NCBI RefSeq assembly: GCF_964194025.1
Contig: NC_134472.1
Span: 20,336,001 to 20,400,000 of the forward strand
Length of the DNA: 64,000 nt
Origin: Convolutriloba macropyga
Lineage: Eukaryota
Direction of reading: 5' to 3'
The notes under the pieces are model-generated. The model had not been told where the DNA came from. It saw only the letters and a program-made list of their open reading frames with translations, and searched no databases. This document shows, piece by piece, positions 1 to 12,239 of the stretch. How positions within the stretch are numbered: position 1 is the first letter of the stretch; each line of letters starts with the position of its first letter. The position numbers were made by a program, and so were the translations under genes.

Positions 1-556
1 ACAACGATGCGAGAGTAGGGGTAATGGGGGTAAAACGACGCAAGAGTAGGGGTAAGGGGTCCATTAACCCTTCAGTCTTACAACATTTTACCCGTTTCGC
101 AACCCCACTCTTTACATCGCTTTACCTCCATAGTCGCAGGCTGACAACTTTGAACCCACAACCTCTGTCCCCTGGGTCTTTTTCTAACAATCCACCCCTT
201 ACTCCCCATTACCCACTAATCTTAAAGCGTTTTACCCCCACTTAGTTTACCCCCTAATTTTATATTTTTTTCGGGGGGGATTTTAGGGGGTAAAATCTGA
301 AAATCCCCCCCCATTCCCTCCTCCCCATCACCTCCACTACCACCCTAATCTTACATCGTTTTACCCCATAAAAGTACCACCTAATCTTTTATCTTTTTTG
401 GGGGTGGGTGTAATTTTTGGGTGATTACATAAATTCCCCCATTACCCCCATTACCTTATCACCCCCCTAATTTTACATCGTTTTACTCCCCATAGAAAAT
501 TACCCCCTAATCTTACACCAGTTTGATGGGTAATCAGGGAGTAACTTCGACACGGG
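1..556. mobile_element. Right part of a C/G-tract-rich non-autonomous DNA element (left end outside window)
   Basis: Reiterated TTACCCC/GGGGTAA motifs in both orientations, ending in ...CACGGG (556), the same terminus as the TSD-verified MITE at 35704-36219. Confidence 0.4.
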
Positions 557-804
557 TGATAGCCAGGATAGGTTCCTAAAACCTCTGCTGTAACAGAAAC
601 AAATTGGGGGTTGGAACAAAATTTTTTATATTATCAATAATGTTTCAAAAGGAATCAAATATTGCTTATGTTCAGATGCGATGAAGGCGTTGTCCTTCTT
701 ATTACGAAATTTATCTTTGTCCTAGAATTCTTGTTTGTTCAGGTGTATGTATGATTTGTATTAGAACCTTGAGCGAATAAAGTGAATTAGCACAAGCGCT
801 TGAA

Positions 805-1054
805 ATGAAAATAGTTAGATTGATTTTGTTTGTTTTATTTGCAAATTCGTCTTCATGTCGAACTTTTGGGCAAAAAGAACTGTCAACTCCCAAATTTTCA
901 AGGTCATTACAATATAATATAGTGAATGGATACCGAGCCGAAGAAAGACCTTTTTACGTGCGAATTGTGACTCGATGGAGGAAAGAACTGATCTGTGGAG
1001 GGACAATTATTAGCAATTATTTTGTCCTAACTGCTGCATCCTGCTTTGAAAATA
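805..1054 (+). CDS. Gene A exon 1, secreted trypsin-like serine protease homolog (non-catalytic); join(805..1054,1942..2038,4498..5032), 293 aa
   Basis: Hydrophobic N-terminus, IVNG...PFYV...ICGGTIISNYFVLTAASC (His57->Ser); donor GTTAGT at 1055, phase 1. Confidence 0.9.
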
Positions 1055-1121
1055 GTTAGTCTGCTAAAAAAAAGTTTAACTGGTTGCCTATCAAGTTTTT
1101 GACATATTATAATCAATAGTT

Positions 1122-1525
1122 CCTTTGTCCAGAAGACAGAGCAGAAACGACGGAATAAATGTTGTTCGGTTCGCCACGTAAAAAACTGTCGGTGTGTTTG
1201 GTTTGTTCGGTATGTTTTGCTTCGAACGTATAAAATTGTTGATATGTTTAGCGTGGAACGTACGAAGATTTCTTACGTTTGAAACTGAACATAATGAATC
1301 TATGAAAAAGAACATTTTGACGACATCTGACGTTTTAAAACGGACCATACCAAAATTTTCTTGTGCTTGAATAATAAACATACCGATGATTTCTTACGTT
1401 TCAAAACACGAACATACCAACGATACCAAAGAAAAAACCTACTGGCTGTCGTCGTTTTTTGTCCAACTAAATCCAAACATTTTGACATTTTTTTACGTTT
1501 AAAAACGACGATTTCTGGACTATGG
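1122..1525. mobile_element. Possible MITE in gene A intron 1
   Basis: Imperfect termini CCTTTGTCCAGAA / TTCTGGACTATGG flanked by TT on both sides; internal inverted motifs. Confidence 0.3.
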
Positions 1526-1941
1526 TTGTAAATTAAAATTACCTTACATTTCCGATACATATTTCTGCAAAGAATATAACGCTACTACCAATTGCACGCA
1601 GAAACTTGCTCTTTCATAATAGTCCAGCCAAAAAAAATGGCCACTTCTGCAGTATCTTGTTCGATTCTGGGTGAAAACTTGCAAGATTATACATGTTTTG
1701 CTAGAATCATTATGGGTAGGCATCCAATTTAATTTGGTGCTTTAAACTGAAAAAAGTTACAAGATAATGAGGAGAAAATAGGCTTTCAAAATTAATTTCT
1801 TCTCGAGGAATATTTATTGCGAGAAAAGGGGTAAAGTATCCAGGATAGAGCCGGAAAAAAGTTTTAAAGACCGAAGTTCTGGCCGTTGCATTTATCGGTT
1901 AATGTGAACTACTCTAGATTTTTAATATTAGCTTTTTTCAG

Positions 1942-2038
1942 CTCAGCCATCATCTGCTGTTGTTGAGGTTGGCAATTTTCAGAGGGAGAGGTCGCCGAGA
2001 CAGATTCACCGAATTGCATGTGTTATCCTTGCACCCGG
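1942..2038 (+). CDS. Gene A exon 2
   Basis: TTTTTTCAG acceptor, GTACGT donor, 97 nt like exon 2 of B and C; reads QPSSAVVEVGNFQRERSPRQIHRIACVILAPG in frame. Confidence 0.85.
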
Positions 2039-4497
2039 GTACGTTAAAGTAAATAGATTAATTTAGATACCAAACTTTCATACAGTTTAAAGCAATTTTT
2101 GGTATATTAAGAAATTATAAATTTTGCTCAGGATTAATCACTTTTTTGCTCAAACTGATTGGGTAAAAATAACTAAAACAGTTAGTAACTTGTCTAGATG
2201 AGTGTAGTTGTTCAAGTATTTCTCATGGCATCAGCTAATAAAATATTTTGATAACTCAATAATAGATGCTGCTACAAGCAGAGAAAACAGTTCTGGAAAA
2301 ATGCAGAGGATATTTTTAAATACCCTTCTTCAAGAGATAATCATCGTTTAGCGTGAAAATTTTTCTAAACACATTCCTTCAGTCAGAAGAAAAATAGAGA
2401 AAATCAATAATTTTTTGAATAATATGAATATTTTGATCGCTTTCTGGTACAATAACTCAGAAGCGAAAACTGAAAAAAACTTTTCAAGAACTCCAAAAAA
2501 ATTTTATTGCAGTGCTATAAGAAGAAAAACGTGAAAATACTGTTGTCAAACAAATATCTCATATCGACAAGAAAGCATAATAAATAACATTCAATAATTC
2601 CCTCTTCGCAACTAAATTGTTTGAAATAAACAAACTCGTTTGACATTAATTGATGTTTAAAAAGCATATGGTGGCAAGCAACACTTCTGTGAAACTTTAA
2701 AATTGACTTAAAATATTATTTCTAAAGACAAAAACACAAAAATGGAAAACGCGTGTTTCTTTAGTATTTAATGGATTCTTTAGCTTGAAAATGGGACAAA
2801 TTTGAATTTTTGGTACAAATTGTGCAATATGCAGTTGCCTTTTTGGGTGAAGAAAATTGCTATTGATAAATAAGGTAGCGAATAAATTGCAGCTTGAAGT
2901 CACAAAAAAAATTATCGAATACACCCTAGTCACAAGTCTCAAACTGTTCAAGCTTTGACTAAAGCCTTATTGTTGTTGCAGTAGTAAATTTGTAAGGAAA
3001 AATAGAAATTTTTACTGTACACAAATTTGTTTATCATGAAAACAAAACAGTTGTTCTTATTTTATCTCTACTATACATTATATCTGTTTTCAGTTGCCGC
3101 AAACTTTGAATTTCCGATTTTTTGCTCTCAAAATGCAAAAAATTGCTATGATATAATTATCCTTTTATCCACTGAAAGTTGTATTAAATTAACCTGGTGC
3201 ATCGTTTCGCGGAAATCCCAGTGGGATTCCAGGAAATCTTGCTTATACTTTCTAATCCTACAATTTCCCAGCGAGAAACTTGCCTATGCCTAAGTTTCCC
3301 GCTTTTTTCCCGCTGGGAAACTTGCATTCACTTCTGATCCCGGTTCTTCCCGGAAAATTAGTTAAGATTTCAGTGGGAAAAAATCGAGAAAAACGGGAAA
3401 AATTGCGGGGAAAAAATTGCTGTATTTACAGGGTGACGATAATATTTTAATTGCGTGCCTCGTAGAGACGCATGCTACCCGTATTGTAAGTATAGCCTTT
3501 AGATCATGATTAGGTTATAAACAATTTTACACTGTGGACGTGTCGAGAAGAAGCACTTTTGTTACCAATCAAATTCAGAAGTATTTGTAGGAAACAATCA
3601 CAAAATACAAGTTGGCTTCTATTAAGACAATTTTTGAAAACTGCAATACATTTCAACTGATTCAAAAAATTTAAATTGTAAGAATTTCCCAGCCATGTTT
3701 TAGCATCTACTCTCATATTCAAACACTGCGTCTATAGTTTCCTCATTCTTCGTGTAAAAGATTTATAGGAAAAATCATATCTTGGATGACCCTATATATG
3801 GACATGTTCAAGCTTTCCGAAATAATTGTGCGAGAAAATGGCTGTGCGTCTGGTGTACGTGAACCCGGGCTGAGCACCCAGAGCATTTCTGTCTTGAACC
3901 ATTGTAAATTCAGAAATTGTATATAGACATATTACACTTGTTCAGTTCAAAATATACACTCATCAGTCGTTTTTCAGAACAAATTTGTACTCCCAATTTT
4001 ATCCTGATTTTGATCTGTCCATAACTGTTATCATGAAAATCAACCTAATTAACATTATTGTATAACTCTTGTCAGCCAAAAACATTCTTTTTAAAACCTG
4101 TTTCTCATTATATTTTTTCCATTTTGCATGCTTTTCTCAGAAAATTTCATTAATTTTGCTTCATTTCACAGTACTGTTTCTACCATAGAATTACTCTGAA
4201 CAGTCTGAATAAATGTTTTATTTCTTTTTCTGGACGTAATAACTAACTTTTTTGATGTAAATAATCTATTTCTGTACCGTTTTTTTAGGTTAATATTGAA
4301 ATAGGTATGTTTAGTACTGAAATACTCTGGGTGGTCAACCCGGCAATGAGTTTTGAGTACAGGAGTAAAGTTAAAGTATACGATGTTTACAAATCTTATA
4401 AATCTACTAAATTTAGAATAGACTCCCAGAATTTTGGGAGCGAAATTCGCACGACAGTAAAAAAGAGTTCTTAGATTATTTTACCATTTGTTTTCAG

Positions 4498-5032
4498 TCG
4501 AGCCTTAGGAGTCAAAAGTGGCAATAGTTTGGCACTTGTACAACTTCGAAGTCCTGTTACGCAATTTCATCGCATTTTAAGTCTCTGCTTCGGCGTTGAA
4601 TACGATCACGGAACGCCAGTTGCTACCTGTGGTACTGGGTCCATCTCTGGCTCGAGATTTTCACCGACCAAAATTCTACGTGAAATTCAGTTAAGAGAAA
4701 ACAAACTACACAAACTATTCTCCCCCGTTGTAACTGAAAGGCGACAAATTTGTCGAGAAGATTCAGTTTGCACGACTAGAGTGACCCCTGGTGGCAACTC
4801 CTGTTTTGGCGATGAAGGAAACCCTTTATACGCTCGGAACCCGCGCTTTAATGGGAGTTATGTTCCGTTGTGCTTATACGGGGTTGCAACAGGATATGAT
4901 TCGAAACATAAGGACAAGGAATCGGACAAGTGTAATGGTGGGAGTCACTTCGCCAGGGTTTCCCATTTTTTGGGATGGATTGATTTTATGATGTGGGAAT
5001 CGGATCCTTTTGAAGAACACTGTTGTTTATGA
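4498..5032 (+). CDS. Gene A exon 3
   Basis: TTTTCAG acceptor; GNSLALVQL (Asp102->Ser), NSCFGDEGNPL (Ser195->Glu), LYGVAT, FARVS; total CDS 882 nt in frame. Confidence 0.9.
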
Positions 5033-5087
5033 TGATTTACTTGGTCAGAATGTTAAAGAAAACATGAAGACGTGCCTTTTCGGATCT

Positions 5088-8000
5088 TTCCTGCTATCAT
5101 TAAAAAGCTCGTCCAGCATGAATTCGAAAATAAGAAGATTTCTTTCAATTTCCTTTTTTTGAGGAGTTATCGAGGATTGAAGTTTTGTGTGAACATGTGA
5201 TATTTTGTTCACTTTTAGTGTAATTTATGTGTAATTTAGTGTAATTCTTCAAATTAAGAAAATCTCTATATAAAATTTTGATTCAAAATTACATTTCACG
5301 CCACAAAAAGAATCAATATTGAGTTCCTAATAGACGAAAGGCGATATAAAGACTAGTTCTGGTCTCATAGGTAAGTTTACTATAAAAAAAAATTATCGAA
5401 TTCTATTTGAGAGCTCTTTTTTTAAAAAAAAAATTCATTTTTTGTTTTCTTATGTCACATAGAGACTAGTCACTCTTCATCCCAAGGCTCCGTTATTGAT
5501 TAACCTGATTCACAGCCTAATGAAACCCAATGAACAAAAAATTCGTTTTCAAAGAATCGCTCGTTTTTTTTGGCTACTACCCTTAATCTCTTAATTTAAA
5601 ATGAAATTTTGTTTTTTTTGAGGTTTTACTAATTTTTTGGAGACATACGGCATAAACTCGTTGCCTAAAAGTGCAATAGGTTTCATGATGAGCATTAAGA
5701 GAACCTATCTAGAGCTTTGAGTGGACAGCTAATGGCTGTTAAGACTTTAGAAATGGTTTTTCGAGAAATTTTTTTAACATTAACCAATCATAAACTATTT
5801 TCGTGATTTGTAGGTCAACTTCATTAATGACAAAACCCCCTTACTTTCTGCTGCAACCAAAATTAACCTGGTTAGCGGTTTTATCTTCTTATTATATGTT
5901 ATATGACTTCAATGATACGAAATTTCGAAAAAAAAATTGGATTTTTTCGTTCTATTGGTCCCTCTTGAAATCTTATTACATTCTCCTGATATTAATATCT
6001 CCCATTGGCTTAGAGAATTTCTTTAGTGAATATTGGACAAAATTTTCAGAGAAAAGCTTATAGTTTAAATGGCTTCGACCCTTTTTTCGGGCACTTTCCC
6101 ACTGAATTTTTTTCTTTTTGCCTGTATTTGTTGTTGTCTCCATAGTCATAAGACTTATTGTGATGTCTTATCGATTACCTATGAATAAAAACCTCCTTTT
6201 TCTCCAATTGAGGGACAACTGAGCGTATCCATTGGCTTCCGATGAAAGCTATTGGATTTAATGGCTGTTGAGACTTTAAAAGTGATTTTCGAGAAATTTT
6301 TAACATTAATCAATCTTAACCCCTAGTTCGTGTACTGTAAGTCAGTCTCAGTAATGACCGGACCTTTTTTCAAAATCAACCCAAAATTATTCTATTTAGC
6401 AGGTTTATGTTCTAACTATTGGTGTTATGACTTCGATGCACGAGTTTTCATAACTTTTTTAAAAAAAAATTTGGATCTCTTTTTCTTAATTCTGGTTCCT
6501 TTTGGAATCTTAACAAATTATCCTAATATTGATAGTTTCATGGGCTTAGAGACTACAACGTTCAATGGATCATACAAAAAGTTTTCAGAGAAAAACCTAT
6601 GGTTTAAAGGGCTTCGACACTCCTCGCGCATTTTTCTACCAATTTTTTGGATTTTGCCTGTGTTTTTTGTTGTTTTCATAGTCAATGACATTTTGTAATG
6701 TCTTATTGATGAGTTATGAAAACCAAACATCTTATCTTTTTGTTGTCTCACCGAATCATAACTTAGCGTATTTATTAGCTCCCGTTGAAGGCTATTGAAT
6801 TTAATGGCGTTCTAACTAATGTTTTTTCTGAAAAAATGTCCTTGTTTTAATGTGTTTGTTCATGTTTGTTGATTTATTGCAGTCAAATTTTTTAAACGAA
6901 GAATCCCATTGCTGCTAGCAATTAATTGAAATTGGATAAATTTCAACCGAAAAAGTTCATTTTTTAATGGCTTCGACGCTTTCCTCGCTCAATTTTTTTT
7001 TGAATTCGCAGTGTTAGCCTGTTTTTTATTCTTCAGGTAGCCGTAAAAAGCTGACCGGTCTCATAAGCTTGTAAGTAAGAATTTAGGGAATAATTTTACC
7101 TGAGGAGGACTGTTTATAGCGATTAGTCTTCAAGTTTACAATAGTATGCATTTTTGAGATATTAAAGAATTTTCAATTTTTTCAGTTTTTGTTGTTGTTT
7201 TCATTAACTTGTAACGTGTTCTCATCATTGAGAGGTCCCATGTATTTTAAAAATTAACAAGTTTAGTGATATTATGACGTAACTAATGTTTTGTTTGTTG
7301 GAGCATGTGTTTTCAAAGAAAGTTATGTTAGTCGTGTAATTGTGTTTCTTTTTCTCTTCCTTTAGCACAATCGCGTAATAACAGATCCCAATGATTTTGA
7401 AATGTGGCCGAATTAAACTTATTTATTCATTAATTATAAATTTATCTGGATTAGCATAATTGGAAATTGAAATAAAAATACTTAATATTCAGATTATAGC
7501 TAATGATTTTAATGGCTTCACTAATTTGTGTTTTCGCAATGTTTGTAAGTTTTCTGCATCTATAGTGGGTTCCTATGGCTTAGTCTAACCAAAGACAGGT
7601 CCTATTGGTTTCTTTATGACTCTTTACTAAATTTATTGAGAATTAATTCGTTGAAAGCTATTGATTTTTGAGACTTAAAACTATTCGGTTTAAAAAATGT
7701 GGATTGATTTTTGAATTTCGCCTAATTCTTTTTTTTGTAGAATTGTTACCTAGTCTCATTAAGAAAAAATTCCGTCTGCTGCGTAGTTAGGAAAAATTAA
7801 ATTCGTGTAGTTAGGATTTTGTCTGATTGTAATGTGACGTTGTTACTAGCTGCTTTTAAAATTAGTTATTGAATTTTTGACCTGAAACTTTTGTTTTTGC
7901 TTTTTTGTAGTTGTTGTTTTTTTTTCTCGTAGTCTTTTCAATGCAGATATCGTTGTAATGAGGCATGTTATTATTTAATTCAATTATTAGTTTGGTTGTG

Positions 8001-8140
8001 TAACGGTTTTTTTGAACTCAAGCATCTACTTTTGATTATCGCTTTGTCATAAATGTAAGTCAAAAGACAGTTAATTCAAAAATGTAGATGAGCGCGGGTC
8101 GGAACATCATGTGAGAACGCACATTAACGAGCCTCCTTGT
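5088..8140 (+). mobile_element. Diverged Helentron-associated (HINE/DINE-1-like) element, 5' end missing
   Basis: 5090-5180 resembles the core at 50330-50420; 3' end GGGTCGGAAC, imperfect ATGTG...CACAT hairpin and GCCTCCTTGT match the terminus at 53099-53143; degenerate internal repeats. Confidence 0.55.
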
Positions 8141-8417
8141 TCTTTTCAAACTGATAATCAATTGAATCATACTTTGTGTGGTTGTCAGAAATAGTTCGTT
8201 ATCATCAATAAATCACTTAATAAGTGGCTTGATTGGAAGCAAATAATCTCTGCAATGCCCTCCATATCAATTAATTTCCCACTGACAGTTCCTGAGTCTT
8301 GTTTTCATAATTGTTTTCTCGTAATTAAAGTCTGGTAATAGTATAAATCATAATGGACATTCTATGATTTAGTATTGAATTGTTATGACACACAGATCCC
8401 CAGGCTTAGGTACAGAC

Positions 8418-8625
8418 TTATGAAAAGACAATGCTCGACCAAAAAGTACTATGAAAAGACCGTACTCGACTCATTTGAGCTATGAAAAGATTTTACCTCG
8501 ACTTTAAGAAACGATGGACTTTAGCTCGACAGAGGTTTTTAAAAAAAGACTTTAGCTCGACCCAAAAGTTTACAAAAGACTTAAGCTCGACTCAAAAGTT
8601 TTTAGAAGATTTTAGCTCGACCCAA
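8418..8625 (+). repeat. Left subterminal repeats of the EnSpm element
   Basis: ~30-bp spaced AAAGAC-n-CTCGAC motifs. Confidence 0.75.
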
Positions 8626-9190
8626 AATTAGGGCTGGATTTCANNNNNNNNNNNNNNNNNNNNNNNNNNNNNNNNNNNNNNNNNNNNNNNNNNNNNNNNN
8701 NNNNNNNNNNNNNNNNNNNNNNNNNNNNNNNNNNNNNNNNNNNNNNNNNNNNNNNNNNNNNNNNNNNNNNNNNNNNNNNNNNNNNNNNNNNNNNNNNNNN
8801 NNNNNNNNNNNNNNNNNNNNNNNNNNNNNNNNNNNNNNNNNNNNNNNNNNNNNNNNNNNNNNNNNNNNNNNNNNNNNNNNNNNNNNNNNNNNNNNNNNNN
8901 NNNNNNNNNNNNNNNNNNNNNNNNNNNNNNNNNNNNNNNNNNNNNNNNNNNNNNNNNNTTTTTTATCAGTCAACCCTAAATTAAACTCTTTGCAAAGAGT
9001 GTAAAAAGAGTGGAGAAAAGAGTGTAATTTTCGCATGCATATGTTGTCAAGGGATCCGGCAACACGTATCATGGATGACTTTTTTCATAGAATTTTCACA
9101 TTGAGGAGCGTACGAGGAAATTAAAACAGTATTCTATCTTTGCTGAAATATATTGTGCCGCATGAAGTCAAGACTGACCAAATCAGCTAG

Positions 9191-9375
9191 TTGAGTGATC
9201 GACAACAATATGTGGGTGTGGACAATACCATTTCGGAGATACTAGATATAACAAGCGGGGTACCACAGGGGTCACTCCTAGGCCCTATACGGTTCTGTAT
9301 AATTATTAACGATCTTCCAGATGTCCTGATGTTTTCTCAGCCCTTAATATTTGCTGATGATCTTAAAATTTTGGC
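9191..9375 (+). pseudogene. Non-LTR retrotransposon RT fragment nested in the EnSpm element
   Basis: SDRQQYV...SGVPQGSLLGP...INDLP...IFADDLKI motifs; isolated ~60 codons. Confidence 0.8.
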
Positions 9376-10007
9376 TGTTTGGGTTTTGGGTCCGATTACA
9401 GTATTTGAGGAGCCACTGCGGGGCGTCAAGGTGGGGAAATAAAGAGAGGAAATAATTGATTTGTCATGTAGGAGTAACGATCACCTGCATGCCAAATTCA
9501 TTTTTCATAATAGACTTTAGTTTTTTGTAAAGTTAAGGCGTCTTTCTCTCAATAAAACGCTAGGGCTGTACTTTTGCTTTCAAAAAGTGAAATCATGAGA
9601 ATTTGAAATATATTTAGGACAACACCACGCTTTTTTCTCTTTATACTCATAACATGCTATCGGCGACTAGAATTCAAAAAAGTTTTAAAATTGCCACAGT
9701 CAAATCATAATTCACAAAATTCACATTGAAAAGAAGTGTTACCGAGAAGCATATGAATGAAGAAACACAAGGAGATTTGTATTTTGAAATACATTGTGCC
9801 GCATGAAGTCATTATTTGGTAATCAAACTATTTCTCCGTGGTGCCTAAAGAGTAAATTGTCAACTGAAGCAGCCAGTTACAAGCAATCGCATCAAAAATT
9901 AGATCATGAAGAACTCATTTTTCTTGATTTTAAGGATATCTTATACGCAATTTTTGAAAAGAGAATTCCGTTAATGTTAAACTACGCCGAAGACTAGTCA
10001 GGACCTC

Positions 10008-11658
10008 TTGATTCCAAAGTTTGAAATAAAAGAGAACGCAGTTAGAGTAAGCTTGATTCTCAATGTTGATGGAGCAAATGTTTGCAAGTCTCCCCCTCTG
10101 TCAGCCTGGCCAGTGTTCATTGCGATTGCTGATTTGCCACCATTCCAGCGCCAAAGTTTCAAGAATCTTACAATGGCTGCGGTATATGTTGGCAATAGCC
10201 ATCCAAATTTCAACGATATTTTCGACTTCTTGCAAAGAGAAATGCAGAAATCAGGTGCCATCAATTTTCAGGGTAGAAAAGTCACTGTTCATCTCAATTC
10301 TATACTTTTGATTGCCGATCTCATTGGCAAAGCAAAGATCCTGAATATGAAGCAGTGCAATGGATTTTACGGCTGTACATTGTGCCTCCAAAGAGGTGTT
10401 CACGTTCATGGATCCCATAGATACCCTCATGATGAAGCAATTGTCTTGAGACCGCTGGAGTCGCATATGGCGAACTTGGAAGCTTTAGAGAATGGCAGTC
10501 AAGAACGTCTTAAAGCAAAAAAATGGCCGCAGATCAGATTTTGAAAAAGAAACGCAAGGTGTCAAGGGCAGGAGTACTGTTTTTTCATTGATACCGAATC
10601 AGCCTTTGACTTCTCCTGTTGATGTAATGCACCAGTTGCTTCTGGGTGTTGCTAAAGAACTTCTCCTTTTCTACTACGAAAGATTACGCCATGACAAAAA
10701 GGTTGAACTTGATCTTTTTCTCTCCAGAAATGAAGCTCCTAAGGAGTTCACGCGAAAAATTTGTCCTCTAAAAGACATTGCCACGTTCAAAGCAAAGGAA
10801 TTCAAGGTCCACCTTTTGTATTTGGCACCTATTGTTTTCCCTCAGTACTTTTTCGGCGAAGATCGCATTAGCGATACTGAAGACCTCAATAAACTGATTT
10901 ATGCATTGCGCTCTCTATACGAAAGTTGCGATGAAGCAGCTCAATGCGAGTTTCGCTTGAGCATGAACGAAAAATACAATCAGTTCGAATCAATAAATTT
11001 TCATCTTCTTAGACATTTGGCGTGGCAAGCACAGAACATTGGACCGCTGTTTGCTACATCAGCATCAATGTTTGAAGCAGCCAACCATCGCGTAATTTGT
11101 CCTCTTACTGGAACTACTAACCACTGCGATCTCTTAGTAACGCGCTATGTTCGGAACAAGATCCTTGGAATACTCAAGATCAATGAAGACTGCTTGTCGT
11201 CTTGTCTGGATAGTAGCAGGGGAAGGAAGTTTAATGATACGTTTAGTTTAAAAAAAAATACTGAATCTCAATCATTTGAGGCCGAAAATCCGAGTTGCAG
11301 AATTTTTGGTCGTTTATTTACTGATTTCTACCTCACATCTACAGTTTACACCAAAAGTAAAAGGGCGGACAAGTTTGTCTGCATTGTTTTGGATGAAACT
11401 GTGGTTGGGGAAATTGATTTCTTCTACGAAATTGACAATAGCAAAGGTTTATGCCTAAAGATTTTCAATATTATACGTCGGCTCAGACTTGTAAATCACC
11501 AAAACACAATTGCTCGTTCTGTCTTTGGATATATTGTAGAGGAAACCGAGAAATTCATTCGCGTTCCTGTTTCGTCCATTACTTCAAAGCTTATTCCAGT
11601 TTTTTTTCAAGAAACTCTACACCTGGTTAAATTAATGAAACATTTTGAACATGAATAA
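10008..11658 (+). pseudogene. EnSpm/CACTA-type DDE transposase, frameshifted
   Basis: LNVDG, SAWPVF, IADLIGKAKILNMKQCNGFYGCTLC, GVKG, PVDVMHQLLLGV, FKAKEF, NFHLLRHL, GPL...FEAAN; frameshift near the A-run at ~10520 links ORFs 10008-10544 and 10492-11658; N-terminus decayed. Confidence 0.85.
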
Positions 11659-12239
11659 TGAATGCTGATGTTACTGTTGATTAGAGTGAACATACACATA
11701 TCATCTATGTGCCAATTTTTTTTGAAAAAATTATATTTAAGTTCTTTTTTACCCTAATTTCTAATCTTGATTGTCGAATAAAGTTTTTGGAAGAATTTTT
11801 GTTTCAAATTAATCGGGGATTCAGTAGCATTGTTTCTTGCATAGTAGCAAAGATAGCTTTTCAAATGTTATATTCCAGGAGTACGTAAATTTTCAAATTT
11901 GTTCCAAGATGTGTTGGAGAGTTTGTTGCTTTCTTAAACAGGAAAAAATAATACTGCTTATACAACAAAAATTAGTCTTGGTATGAGAGAGTCTTCAGTA
12001 CGTTGTCTTCAGTACGTTGTCAAACTTTGCGCTCAAGAAACTAACTATGAGCATTTTCAAGAAAAATGCTTTTCAATGTAGTTAAGGACTTATTCAAAAT
12101 ACTCGAGGGTCTATGTAGGAGTGTCATCATCCTAGTAGGTTCTAATGCAGAATGAATTTTTGATCTAAATTGTCTACAAGAAAGTACTGACTACATTGTT
12201 AACTTTTGTTGTCAAGAAACTATGTACTTTCAAGAAAAT

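Noticed and set aside
1-556. Telomeric repeat
   Set aside because: TTACCCC motifs are irregular, occur in both orientations and end in a transposon-like terminus
4289-4304. Alternative micro-exon in gene A intron 2 (TTTTAG...GTATGT)
   Set aside because: Introduces an in-frame TAG; the acceptor at 4497 gives the same 882-nt CDS as gene B
5803-6698. Hydrophobic ORFs as membrane proteins
   Set aside because: T-rich degenerate repeat units inside the HINE-like element; no recognisable motifs
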